32,000 nt of DNA. It comes from Thermodesulfobacteriota bacterium (GTDB lineage: Bacteria > Desulfobacterota > WTBG01 > JAGOGO01). Below, piece after piece: positions 9,661 to 19,496 of the stretch (positions are counted from its first letter, which is position 1; every line of letters starts with the position of its first letter). The position numbers and the translations under genes were made by a program. Below the pieces are notes generated by a model. The model was not told where the DNA came from, ran no database searches, and was given only the letters and a program-made list of their open reading frames with translations. The stretch covers positions 1,125,622 through 1,157,621 of the forward strand of contig CP113000.1 of assembly GCA_026625185.1 (NCBI GenBank), written 5' to 3'.

Positions 9661-9787
9661 GGCGCGCAAATACTCCGGAATGAGGCGTACTTACCCGTAT
9701 GCCTCAATGATCCCGCAAGGCGGGAGGCAATCCCGCCAAAGCGGGATAGATGGCGCGCTCCGGATCATTATCGCCCGCCCAAGGCGG
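9661..9787. other. GC-rich cluster of four hairpins bounded by a direct repeat (unclassified structured element)
   Basis: Hairpin 1: TGAGGCGTAC/GTATGCCTCA (9681-9706). Hairpin 2: TCCCGC-aag-GCGGGA (9711-9725). Hairpin 3: TCCCGC-caaa-GCGGGA (9731-9746). Hairpin 4: CCGCC-caa-GGCGG (9775-9787). The direct repeat GGCGCGC(N0/6)TCCGGA occurs at 9661-9679 and 9752-9764. No ORF in any frame. Confidence 0.4.
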
Positions 9788-9810
9788 TAATTTTTACGAA
9801 GCCGTCAAAA

Positions 9811-10098
9811 TTAGTAATGAATAATTTCCCACTCCGAATTTAGCACTTCGATGATCGTGAGATTCTCGACGAAGCTCTTGATCGTATCCAGACAAGAATT
9901 GACAAAACGGGTATCATTACCCACGACCGAAAAACCCACCTTTGACCGCTGCCACAAGTCGTTATCACCTACCTCGGCAATGGAGACATTAAATTTATTC
10001 TTCGTCCGTTCGATAACCTGCCGAAGGATCTGCCGTTTCCTTTTAAGGGAATCGTTTCCGTGGATAAAAATATCCATCTGACAGATTCCAACTACCAT
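9811..10098 (-). CDS. DUF503 family protein (YlxP-like), commonly found downstream of infB
   Basis: 95 aa. MVVGICQMDIFIHGNDSLKRKRQILRQVIERTKNKFNVSIAEVGDNDLWQRSKVGFSVVGND matches the DUF503 pattern. It sits in the conserved position after infB. Confidence 0.8.
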   Translation of the reverse strand: MVVGICQMDIFIHGNDSLKRKRQILRQVIERTKNKFNVSIAEVGDNDLWQRSKVGFSVVGNDTRFVNSCLDTIKSFVENLTIIEVLNSEWEIIHY

Positions 10099-10118
10099 GA
10101 CCGTGCACTAAATAAATA

Positions 10119-12713
10119 TCAAAGTTTTTGAGCGACTTCTTCGACGATAAAGGCTTCGATGGTGTCGCCTGACTGTACATCATTAAAATTTTCCAGCTGG
10201 ATACCGCACTCAAAGCCGGTCAGAGCTTCCTTGACATCATCTTTGAATCTTTTCAACGAAACGATTTTTCCCTCATAGATCGCCGTACCATTGCGAAATA
10301 CCCGGGCTAAAGATCCCCGGATCATCTTTCCTTCAACAACTTTACTTCCGGCAATCGTTCCGACCTTCGAAACCGAGAAAACCTGAAGGACCTCGGCACG
10401 GCCCACGCTCTTTTCCTTTTGGAGCGGAGTGAGCAAGCCCTCCATGGCTTTTTTGATGTCTTCGATGATATCGTAAATGATCGAATAGGTCCGGATTTCA
10501 ACCTTTTCGGCTTGAGCCAGACTTTGAGTTTTTTGGTCAGGAGCGACATTAAAACCGAAGATAATCGCATTCGAGGCCAAAGCCAGCATCACGTCAGACT
10601 CGCCAATTGCCCCTACCGCGCTATGAATAATGTTGAGTTTTATCTCTTTGCTGATTAGTCCGCTCAGCGCTTCCCGCAATGCCTCAATCGAGCCGTGGAC
10701 ATCAGCTTTCAAAATGAGTTTGAGTTCTTTAAATTCATCTTGTTTTATCTTGTCATATAAATTTTCTAAAGTAACCTTGCTGCCTTGCGCCAGCTCAAGT
10801 TGCCGCTCCTTCTGCTGCCGATATTCGGCGAGCATCCGGGCTTTTCGTTCTTCATTCACGACCACAAAAAGCTCTCCGGCATGAGGGGTTTCGGGAAAGC
10901 CCATCACTTCTACCGGATGGGAGGGTCCGGCTTTTTTTATCTTTTCCCCGGTATCATCCTGCATGGCCCGAACCCGTCCAAATATTTGACCGGTCACAAA
11001 AGGGTCGCCCACGGTTAACGTGCCTTCTTGGATAAGCACGGTGGCGATCGGTCCTTGCCCTTTATCAAGCCGGGACTCAATAATTACTCCGCGGGCCAAT
11101 TTGTCGGGGTTAGCTTTAAGTTCTAATACCTCCGACTGAAGAAGAATCATCTCCAACAGTTTATCAATGTTGATCTTTTGCTTGGCTGAAATCTCCACAA
11201 AGATCGTATCTCCTCCCCATTCTTCGGAAATAAGCCCCTTTTCCGATAATTGCCGTCTTACCAATTCAAGGTTAGCTTCAGGAAGGTCAATTTTATTTAT
11301 CGCCACAATGATGGGAACTTTAGCGTCCCGCGCATGGTTGATTGCCTCAATGGTCTGCTCCTGCACACCATCGTTTGCCGCTACCACTAAGACCACAATA
11401 TCGGTTACCTGTGATCCCCGCGCTCTCATGGCGGTAAATGCTTCGTGACCAGGAGTGTCGATAAATACTATTTCTCCCTGGGGTAAATTCACAAGATAGG
11501 CACCAATATGCTGGGTTATTCCTCCTGCCTCTCCCGCGGCAACATTCGTCTGTCGAATAGCATCCAGCAGTTTGGTTTTTCCATGGTCAACGTGCCCCAT
11601 CACGGTGATGACCGGGGGCCGGTGATGAAGGTTGGCAGCGTCATCTTCTTCGCGAGCCAGCAACTCCTCCTCATCAAAGGAAACCTTTTCAACTTCGTGG
11701 CCAAACTCTTCTGAGGCCAGTTGGGCCGTATCGATGTCGATTGCCTGATTGATGGTCGCCATGAGGCCGAGTTCCCATAACTTCTTTATTACCGCACTCG
11801 CTTTAACTCCCATCTTTTTGGCAAGCTCACCAACCGTAATTAACTCCGCAATCTTGATTTTACGCTTAATCGCCTTAGGAACAGTAATTTCTGTTTTCTT
11901 GGAAATAACCTGCTCTACCCTCTCTTCTCGAAAAACTCTTCTCTCCTTTTTGCGAAAAGCTTTGTGAGCAGGGGCTATCACTCTGGTTTCTCGTTTTGGC
12001 TTTTTTCGGAAAATTTTTTCTACTGATGGCTCAACATCAGAAATTAAGATTCGCTTTTTCTTGGGCTTGATCTCGGCGGTTTCGACGGAGACTTCAGGTT
12101 CCCCTGTGGGCACAGGGGGGATCTCTGCTTTTCTAATAATTTGGGCCGGCTCTTCTTTGTGCTTTACCCGTTTCTTTTTGGGAGCAAACCGTTCCTTAAT
12201 TTGGGTTGGCCCGGTTATTGGTTTAGGCGCTGGTTTTAATGGTTCTTTTCCCCTTTCCTCCGGTTTTCTCTCTGGAACAACTTCTTCTGTGGCAGGCTCT
12301 GGTGCTTTTTGTTCTGAAGGAGGAAGTGGTTCTAAAATCTCTGGCGGCGGTTTTGGGATTTTCTCGGGCTTTTCTTCTACCACCTGCTCCGGAAAAGGTT
12401 TCGCTGAAATCAACGGTTTTTCGATCGCCGGTTCCTTTTCTACCAAGGGCGGATGAGCTTCCACCTCTTCCCGCTCAACTTTAAGCCTTTCAACTCTTCG
12501 CCTAATAACCGAAGGTTTTACCCGCGCCTCAACCACCTTTTTTTCTTCGGGTGGAGTGAGGTATTGCAATATCCGCTCCTCATCGTGAGGCTCAAGGGCG
12601 CTCATGTGATTTTGTACCGGGATACCGATCTTTTTAATGGTCTTGACCAGTTCCTTACTGCTTATATTAAGCTCTTTAGCTAATTCGTGGACTCTCTTTT
12701 TTACCATAATCAT
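10119..12713 (-). CDS. infB: Translation initiation factor IF-2
   Basis: 864 aa. N-terminus [16 protein letters not shown], a Pro/Glu/Lys-rich linker, and a GTPase domain with [25 protein letters not shown] and NKID. Confidence 0.97.
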   Translation of the reverse strand: MIMVKKRVHELAKELNISSKELVKTIKKIGIPVQNHMSALEPHDEERILQYLTPPEEKKVVEARVKPSVIRRRVERLKVEREEVEAHPPLVEKEPAIEKPLISAKPFPEQVVEEKPEKIPKPPPEILEPLPPSEQKAPEPATEEVVPERKPEERGKEPLKPAPKPITGPTQIKERFAPKKKRVKHKEEPAQIIRKAEIPPVPTGEPEVSVETAEIKPKKKRILISDVEPSVEKIFRKKPKRETRVIAPAHKAFRKKERRVFREERVEQVISKKTEITVPKAIKRKIKIAELITVGELAKKMGVKASAVIKKLWELGLMATINQAIDIDTAQLASEEFGHEVEKVSFDEEELLAREEDDAANLHHRPPVITVMGHVDHGKTKLLDAIRQTNVAAGEAGGITQHIGAYLVNLPQGEIVFIDTPGHEAFTAMRARGSQVTDIVVLVVAANDGVQEQTIEAINHARDAKVPIIVAINKIDLPEANLELVRRQLSEKGLISEEWGGDTIFVEISAKQKINIDKLLEMILLQSEVLELKANPDKLARGVIIESRLDKGQGPIATVLIQEGTLTVGDPFVTGQIFGRVRAMQDDTGEKIKKAGPSHPVEVMGFPETPHAGELFVVVNEERKARMLAEYRQQKERQLELAQGSKVTLENLYDKIKQDEFKELKLILKADVHGSIEALREALSGLISKEIKLNIIHSAVGAIGESDVMLALASNAIIFGFNVAPDQKTQSLAQAEKVEIRTYSIIYDIIEDIKKAMEGLLTPLQKEKSVGRAEVLQVFSVSKVGTIAGSKVVEGKMIRGSLARVFRNGTAIYEGKIVSLKRFKDDVKEALTGFECGIQLENFNDVQSGDTIEAFIVEEVAQKL

Positions 12714-12743
12714 TCTTGGGGTGGCTGCTCCTGGAAAAAATTA

Positions 12744-14048
12744 TTATTTCTTTTTACCGTCGGCTATTGGAGATTCTGTGGAAGATTCCTCCTCCTGTTG
12801 ATGCAAATATTCTTCCACCGCTTTTTTTATGTTCTGAGCCTTTTTCTCCCCAATGCCGGAAATTTTCGCCAAGTCCTCAACACTCACGTCAGCGATATCC
12901 TGAGCCGATAAATAATTTTCATTAAAAAGAAGCTCCGCCGTTATGCTCCCAATCCCGGGAATGGCCAAAAGGTCTTTAAAGGCGGCGCGCGACAGCTCCT
13001 TGACATGTGAGCGGCTCTTGATATCGATCTTCCATCCGGTAAGTTTTACGGCTAACCGAACATTTTGGCCTCGCTTCCCAATCGCTAAGGACAGCTGATC
13101 ATCCTCTACGATAATCTCCATTGATCTTTCTGTTTCATCGATGATCACCTCAGAGATTTCAGCCGGTGCCAGCGCATTGCATACAAATTTGGTCGGATCG
13201 TCTGACCACGGGATAATGTCAATTTTTTCTCCCCGGAGCTCCTGCACGACCCCTTGAACCCGCGAACCTTTTGATCCCACACAGGCGCCCACCGGGTCGA
13301 CATCAGAATCATCCGAATAAACCGCGATTTTCGATCTCAGACCAGGATCCCGAGCAACTCCCTTTACCTTTACCACCCCCTCGGTTATTTCCGGCACCTC
13401 CGTTTCAAAGAGCTTAACGAGAAACTGAGGACTCGTCCGGGAAAGGACAACCTGGGGGTCGCGGCTTGATTTGCGGATATCTATGATTAAGGCCTTGAGC
13501 CGGTCGCCTTGCCGGAACGTTTCACCCAAGACCTGTTCGGCAATTGGCAGCAATGCTTCGGTTCTTCCTAAGTTAACAATGATGTTTCCCTTATTGAACC
13601 GATGGACGCTTCCGGCAACCACTTCTCCTTTGCGATCCTTGAAATCCTGATAAATGTTGTCTCCTTCTGCGTCCCGTATTTTTTGGATAATCACTTGCTT
13701 CGCGGTCTGGGCAGCAATACGGCCAAAGTCTTTGGTCTCGAGTTTCACCCCTAAACTGTCACCAAGCTCCACCTCAGCATCCAGAAGCCGGGCTTCTTCC
13801 AAGGCAATCTCCTTCAAATCATTCCTGACCTTTTCAACCACGGTTCGAAAATTAAAAAGTTCGATTTCGCCCAGATCAGAATTAAATTGAGCCTCTAAAT
13901 CCACCTTGGGGCCGTATTTTTTTCGGGCGGCAGTTAATAGGGCCGCTTTTAAGGCATCGATAATAACCAGCTTATCAATGCCCTTTTCCCGACGAATCTC
14001 TGCCAAGATTCTTTCTAATGATACCTGTTGTTCTCCCTTTACTGCCAT
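12744..14048 (-). CDS. nusA: Transcription termination/antitermination factor NusA
   Basis: 434 aa. It has an S1 domain, KH domains (DPVGACVGSKGSRVQ, AIGKRGQNVRLA) and a C-terminal HhH-like region. It lies 30 nt upstream of infB. Confidence 0.97.
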   Translation of the reverse strand: MAVKGEQQVSLERILAEIRREKGIDKLVIIDALKAALLTAARKKYGPKVDLEAQFNSDLGEIELFNFRTVVEKVRNDLKEIALEEARLLDAEVELGDSLGVKLETKDFGRIAAQTAKQVIIQKIRDAEGDNIYQDFKDRKGEVVAGSVHRFNKGNIIVNLGRTEALLPIAEQVLGETFRQGDRLKALIIDIRKSSRDPQVVLSRTSPQFLVKLFETEVPEITEGVVKVKGVARDPGLRSKIAVYSDDSDVDPVGACVGSKGSRVQGVVQELRGEKIDIIPWSDDPTKFVCNALAPAEISEVIIDETERSMEIIVEDDQLSLAIGKRGQNVRLAVKLTGWKIDIKSRSHVKELSRAAFKDLLAIPGIGSITAELLFNENYLSAQDIADVSVEDLAKISGIGEKKAQNIKKAVEEYLHQQEEESSTESPIADGKKK

Positions 14049-14088
14049 ATTTTTCTTTTCCTTTTAAAACGAATAGCGTGCGACAAAC

Positions 14089-14562
14089 TCAAAAGCCCTT
14101 TTCCGGAAACTCATAAACTAACTTAGCGTGCCGAACAAGATAAAAAGGAATTTCCCACACCTCGCCGTCCATTTCCAAAAGGACTATGCCGTTTTGAACC
14201 TGTTTTAACGTTCCTTTAAAATTTCTTTTCCCGTTGAACAGCTCAGAAGTTTTAAAAGAAACTTTTCGACCCAAAAATTTTTCAAAATCTACTAAGGTCT
14301 TTAATGGCCTCTCCAGCCCGGGAGAAGATACTTCCAGCCGGTAGGGGTGGGAAAACAAATCCTTGATCTCTAAAATATACCCAACCTCTCTGCTTACCTT
14401 GGTGCAGTCGTCTAAAGTAACCCCGTTGTCTTTATCAATCGTGATGCGGACAATTCCCTGTCCCTTTTGAGGGAGATATTCGATGGCAACCAGGTCAAGG
14501 TTTAATTCCTTAATAATTGGCTCAGCTAACTCCCGAACCATTTCAAGTATTTTTAAGCCCAT
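14089..14562 (-). CDS. rimP: Ribosome maturation factor RimP
   Basis: VSSPGLERPL motif and the conserved position before nusA. I prefer the ATG at 14562 (MGLKILEMVRELAEPI...). The track's TTG start at 14589 abuts the T-run of the terminator hairpin at 14591-14614. Confidence 0.85.
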   Translation of the reverse strand: MGLKILEMVRELAEPIIKELNLDLVAIEYLPQKGQGIVRITIDKDNGVTLDDCTKVSREVGYILEIKDLFSHPYRLEVSSPGLERPLKTLVDFEKFLGRKVSFKTSELFNGKRNFKGTLKQVQNGIVLLEMDGEVWEIPFYLVRHAKLVYEFPEKGF

Positions 14563-14590
14563 CGTAAAAATAGTATTTTGTTGACGCAAT

Positions 14591-14614
14591 AAAAAAGTGG
14601 GCCAAAATGCCCAC
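14591..14614 (-). terminator. Intrinsic terminator/attenuator hairpin immediately upstream of rimP
   Basis: On the minus strand, GTGGGC-attttg-GCCCAC is followed by TTTTTTATT. Confidence 0.55.
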
Positions 14615-14660
14615 TTTTAAGGACGGATGGCTTAATTTTATATAAAAAAAAGGAAAAATC

Positions 14661-14699
14661 AACAAAAAATTTAACCCGCTTATGAATAAAGCGGGTTAA
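14661..14699 (-). terminator. Intrinsic terminator just 3' of tRNA-Gly
   Basis: On the minus strand, a 10-bp stem TTAACCCGCT/AGCGGGTTAA (14671-14699) with a 9-nt loop is followed by ATTTTTTGTT. Confidence 0.65.
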
Positions 14700-14712
14700 A
14701 AATTCACCCAAA

Positions 14713-14785
14713 AGCGGGCAACGGGATTCGAACCCGCGACATCAAGCTTGGGAAGCTTGCACTCTACCAACTGAGCTATGCCCGC
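14713..14785 (-). tRNA. tRNA-Gly (anticodon CCC)
   Basis: The reverse complement GCGGGCATAGCTCAGTTGGTAGAGTGCAAGCTTCCCAAGCTTGATGTCGCGGGTTCGAATCCCGTTGCCCGCT folds as a 73-nt cloverleaf. Anticodon loop TTCCCAA, discriminator U. The CCA is not encoded. Confidence 0.93.
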
Positions 14786-14797
14786 AATAGGGCTTAC

Positions 14798-14824
14798 ACT
14801 ATAAGATAATATTATTATTGTCAA
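14798..14824 (-). promoter_or_regulatory. Candidate promoter for tRNA-Gly (and possibly for read-through into rimP-nusA-infB)
   Basis: On the minus strand: perfect TTGACA (14824-14819), a 15-nt spacer, then TATAGT (14803-14798). The -10 element ends 12 nt before the tRNA 5' end. The short spacer lowers confidence. Confidence 0.4.
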
Positions 14825-14950
14825 TCTTTTTCCTCCGCCCCCCACATAAGACAAAAACTTAAAAAAACCAAGTTAACCCCACCGAACATCTGTATTTAAA
14901 TAGTCTTCCCTGAAGAAATACTCAACCAATTGATTTATTTGTTTTTATTT

Positions 14951-15164
14951 GGGAAGTTTATATGGCTTAATCACCAGAAAATGGCAAATTGCCTCAAAAA
15001 CCCGGTGAATTATGAAACCAAAGAAGATGCAAGAAGATAGAGTTCAGTGCGATTTGTTTAGCTCTCGGTTGGATCAAATAATCAGCCATTAACATCCCCT
15101 GTGCAAGCTTTCTGGCGAGATACCACACCCAAACAAATCTACCCGGTTTGTTTTCATTAAATAG
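14951..15164 (+). mobile_element. Relic of the left end of an IS5/IS1182-like insertion sequence (transposase N-terminal fragment with an in-frame stop)
   Basis: 15012-15164 translates as MKPKKMQEDRVQCDLFSSRLDQIISH*HPLCKLSGEIPHPNKSTRFVFIK*. The Q-x-x-LF-x(3)-LD-x-I-I-x-(D)HPL-x-KL-x-x-EI pattern resembles the N-terminal (DUF772-type) domain of IS5-family transposases. GGGAAG at 14951, about 60 nt upstream, could be a terminal inverted-repeat remnant. Confidence 0.4.
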
Positions 15165-15210
15165 ATTTTCTCTCTATTATTCTCTTGAAAAAAATTAGGG
15201 GTTCTGTTAA

Positions 15211-16317
<1,107 letters not shown>

Positions 16318-16346
16318 ACATCACCTCCCGGGAAGTTTTTCCTGTT

Positions 16347-17168
16347 ATGTCAATTTTTTCTCGAAAGTATGGTTTCCCCTTTTTTGTCCTCTTGGTTTTA
16401 TTAGCTGTTTTTCTCTATTTTTTCTATAACTTAAAACGTCCTCCAGGGTTTCGCTTTATGGAACCCGGGGCGTTCTCTGTGGTTTCTTATTTCCAGGAAA
16501 CTATAAACACGTTTTTTTCTTTTCCTGTTCGCGTTTGGGGGCGGTATGTGTTTTTGATAGAAACCGAAAAGAAAAACCAAATATTAAACCAGGAAATAAA
16601 AATGCTTCGTCAGGAAAATGCTTTTCTCCAGGAATCCGCTTTGGCAAATCAAAGGCTTCGGAAACTTTTAGAATTTAAAAAAAACATCCCTTATAAACTG
16701 GTGGCGGCTGAAGTTGTTGGAGTTGATGCTTCGTTGTCTTTTGAGTCTTTCTCCATTAACAAAGGAAGAAATGAAGGAATAAAAAAGGGCATGGCGGTTT
16801 TATGTCCTGATGGTGCGGTGGGAAGGATTTTAAAGGAAGCAGATTCGTTTTCCGTGGTTCTCCTTTTAATCGATCAAGGCTTTGCCTTGGACGCTCTTGT
16901 TCAAAGAACTCGCACTCAAGGGGTGGTGGAAGGAATTGGAGGGGGTTTTTGCCAATTGAAATATGTGCTGGGATCAGAAGATGTTCGCTTGGGTGATTGG
17001 GTAATTGCTTCCGGGTTAGAAGGATTTTTCCCCAAAGGAACTATTGTGGGCAAAATCGTCTCCCTAAAAAAGGATAAGCTTTCTGCCTTTCAAGAAGTAA
17101 TTATTCAACCGATGGTGAATTTTAAAAAAACCGAAGAAGTCTTTGTTGTTCTCGATCTGGCGTTATAG
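16347..17168 (+). CDS. mreC: Rod shape-determining protein MreC
   Basis: An N-terminal TM segment, a coiled coil (LNQEIKMLRQENAFLQE) and a C-terminal beta-rich domain (VVGVDAS..., GDWVIASGLEGFFPKG). Position after mreB. Confidence 0.9.
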   Translation: MSIFSRKYGFPFFVLLVLLAVFLYFFYNLKRPPGFRFMEPGAFSVVSYFQETINTFFSFPVRVWGRYVFLIETEKKNQILNQEIKMLRQENAFLQESALANQRLRKLLEFKKNIPYKLVAAEVVGVDASLSFESFSINKGRNEGIKKGMAVLCPDGAVGRILKEADSFSVVLLLIDQGFALDALVQRTRTQGVVEGIGGGFCQLKYVLGSEDVRLGDWVIASGLEGFFPKGTIVGKIVSLKKDKLSAFQEVIIQPMVNFKKTEEVFVVLDLAL

Positions 17169-17171
17169 TCT

Positions 17172-17699
17172 ATGTGGTGGTTTCTTTTTTTAGCCATCTT
17201 TGGACTTTTCTGTATAGTTATACAGACGAACCCTATACTAAATTGCTATCTCTTCCCGATAAAGCCCGACTTTACCATCCCCCTCACCTTTTATATATGT
17301 CTTTTTCAAAAGCCGGTTCAGGGCTGTTTTTTGGTGATGTGGCTTGGTTTTCTAATGGACTTGTTTTCAGGGGGGATCATGGGTATTTTTTTGTTTTTAA
17401 GGCTGGTTTTGTTTTGTTTTGTTCTAATTCTCAAGAAATTGCTTTTTTTGGAAAACAAGCTCCTCTGGGTGGGCGTGATTCTCTTGTTATTTTTATTAGA
17501 CTCTCTTTTAATTCACCTGTTGTTTGGGCTGATGGGAAAAAACTGGGGTACTCTGGTGATTATTTTAAAAACTTCTGTGTCGCAGGGTTTTTTTACTTTT
17601 TTACTATCTCTTCTGGTTTTCCCTTTTGTTAATAAATTTGAAAATGCTTATAAAAGAACGGCAGATAAAATAGGCTTATGGATTTTGATCAAGAAATAA
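17172..17699 (+). CDS. mreD: Rod shape-determining protein MreD
   Basis: 175-aa polytopic membrane protein with KPDFTIPLTFY and GFLMDLFSGGIMG segments. Position between mreC and mrdA. Confidence 0.8.
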   Translation: MWWFLFLAIFGLFCIVIQTNPILNCYLFPIKPDFTIPLTFYICLFQKPVQGCFLVMWLGFLMDLFSGGIMGIFLFLRLVLFCFVLILKKLLFLENKLLWVGVILLLFLLDSLLIHLLFGLMGKNWGTLVIILKTSVSQGFFTFLLSLLVFPFVNKFENAYKRTADKIGLWILIKK

Positions 17700-19495
17700 T
17701 CGAAGTCCTTTCGAAACGGCTTGGCTTTTTAAAGTTTTTTATTTTTCTGGTTTTTTTTATAATTTTTGTCCGGCTTTTTTATCTTCAGGTAGTAAAGGGG
17801 GATTATTTTTTTGATCTTTCTGAAAACAACCGGATCAAAATCCAAGAAATGCCTGCCCCTAGGGGTGTTATCTATGATCGAAATGGAAGGATTATCGCAA
17901 ACAACACACCTTCCTTTGATGTTTCTCTCTTGTATTCAGGAATAAAACAGCTTAACGGAATCCTTTCCTTGCTGAGTGAAATTTTAAACCTTGATCCGCA
18001 GGAGATTATAAAGAAAGTAAAAAATTCTTTATACCTCCCTCGGTTTAAACCAATAAAAATCAAGCTGGACGTAAACCGAAAAGAATTAAGTAGGATCGAA
18101 TTCCATAAACTTGATCTCCCCAATGTGGTGGTTGAGTTTTTTCCGAAACGAAATTATCCTTTAAAAGAAAACCTCGCCCACGTACTTGGTTATTTGGGTG
18201 AAATAAGTGAATCTGAGCTAACCCAACCAGAATACTCAACCTATACCGCCGGTGATTTTTTAGGCAAATCAGGAATAGAAAAGGTCTTTGAAAACTCCAT
18301 TAAGGGACGCCCCGGTTGGCTCCAATTTGAAGTCGATTCTCTGGGAAGAAAAAAGGGGGTCTTGGGGTCGGTCGACCCCATTCCCGGGGAAGATCTTTTT
18401 TTGACTATTGATTTAGGGCTACAGGATTTTGCGGACCAAGCCTTAGGAGAAAAAAATGGCGCTGTTATCGCCATGGACCCAAATACAGGGGAGATTTTGG
18501 CCTTTGTAAGCCACCCTTCTTTTGACCCCAACCTTTTTTCTCGGGGAATATCTTCTAACGACTGGGGCGCATTAATAAAAAACCTTTTTCATCCCCTTGC
18601 CAATAAGGGCATCCAGGGACTTTATCCCCCTGGGTCTTTATTTAAGATAGTTACCGCAATTGCAGGCTTAGAAGAAGGTAAAATAACTCCTGATACAAAG
18701 TTTTTTTGCAATGGCTTTTTAAATTTTGGGAATCGTCCTTATCGGTGCTGGAAAAAAGGTGGCCATGGAACTTTAAATCTTTTTGAAGCCATAGAACAAT
18801 CCTGCGACGTATATTTCTATCAGGTTGGGCATTTGGTCGGGGTTGACTCTTTGGCGTATTATGCAAAATTATTTGGGTTGGGGAGCCCTACTGGTTTATC
18901 CTTAGAAAATGAAAAAGGGGGGTTGGTGCCCACCAGTAAGTGGAAAAAAAAGACCTTCCATATCCCTTGGCAAAAAGGAGAAACATTATCCTGTGCAGTT
19001 GGTCAGGGTTTTTATGTAGTCACCCCTCTTCAGATGCTCGTATTGATTAGCTCTATTGCTAACGGAGGAAAATTGTATGCCCCCTTTTTGGTTAAAAAAC
19101 TGGAAGATGAATATGGACTCATAATAAAAAATTTTAAGTCCAGAGATGTTTCTCGGCTACCCATTTCGTCTAAATCTATTAATAGTATTAGAGAGGGTCT
19201 TTGGCGGGTTGTTCAGGGGCAAAACGGCACTGCAAAAATTGCCCGGGTGGCGGGGATAGAAATAGCGGGGAAAACCGGGACCGCCCAGGTTGTTGGCCTG
19301 CCCCCAGGAGAGGTGCGTTCTAAGCTACCAAGTTATTTGCAAGATCATGCCTGGTTTTTTGCTTTTGCTCCCTTTAATGATCCAAAAATAGCTGTTGTGG
19401 TTCTGGTTGAGCATGGTGGTTTTGGCTCGGTGGTTGCCGCCCCCATCGCCCGGGATGTAATTAAATATTATCTCGAGAATAAAAAGGGGTCGTAA
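17678..19495 (+). CDS. mrdA: Penicillin-binding protein 2 (elongasome transpeptidase)
   Basis: An N-terminal TM anchor, the active-site SxxK (GSLFK) and KTGTA. The start overlaps the mreD end by 22 nt. Confidence 0.93.
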   Translation: MDFDQEIIEVLSKRLGFLKFFIFLVFFIIFVRLFYLQVVKGDYFFDLSENNRIKIQEMPAPRGVIYDRNGRIIANNTPSFDVSLLYSGIKQLNGILSLLSEILNLDPQEIIKKVKNSLYLPRFKPIKIKLDVNRKELSRIEFHKLDLPNVVVEFFPKRNYPLKENLAHVLGYLGEISESELTQPEYSTYTAGDFLGKSGIEKVFENSIKGRPGWLQFEVDSLGRKKGVLGSVDPIPGEDLFLTIDLGLQDFADQALGEKNGAVIAMDPNTGEILAFVSHPSFDPNLFSRGISSNDWGALIKNLFHPLANKGIQGLYPPGSLFKIVTAIAGLEEGKITPDTKFFCNGFLNFGNRPYRCWKKGGHGTLNLFEAIEQSCDVYFYQVGHLVGVDSLAYYAKLFGLGSPTGLSLENEKGGLVPTSKWKKKTFHIPWQKGETLSCAVGQGFYVVTPLQMLVLISSIANGGKLYAPFLVKKLEDEYGLIIKNFKSRDVSRLPISSKSINSIREGLWRVVQGQNGTAKIARVAGIEIAGKTGTAQVVGLPPGEVRSKLPSYLQDHAWFFAFAPFNDPKIAVVVLVEHGGFGSVVAAPIARDVIKYYLENKKGS

Positions 19496-19496
19496 C

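Noticed and set aside
9661-9787. Assignment of the hairpin cluster to a known ribozyme or riboswitch class
   Set aside because: There is no hammerhead CUGANGA...GAAA core on either strand. The loops are not the ACGR type of guanidine-II tandem hairpins. I saw no match to remembered c-di-GMP, ykkC, RNase P, SRP or tmRNA cores. It is left unclassified rather than named.
17174-17632. 152-aa alternative-frame ORF inside mreD
   Set aside because: It overlaps the 175-aa frame, which has the MreD-like TM pattern. The open alternative frame is a by-product of the T-rich composition.
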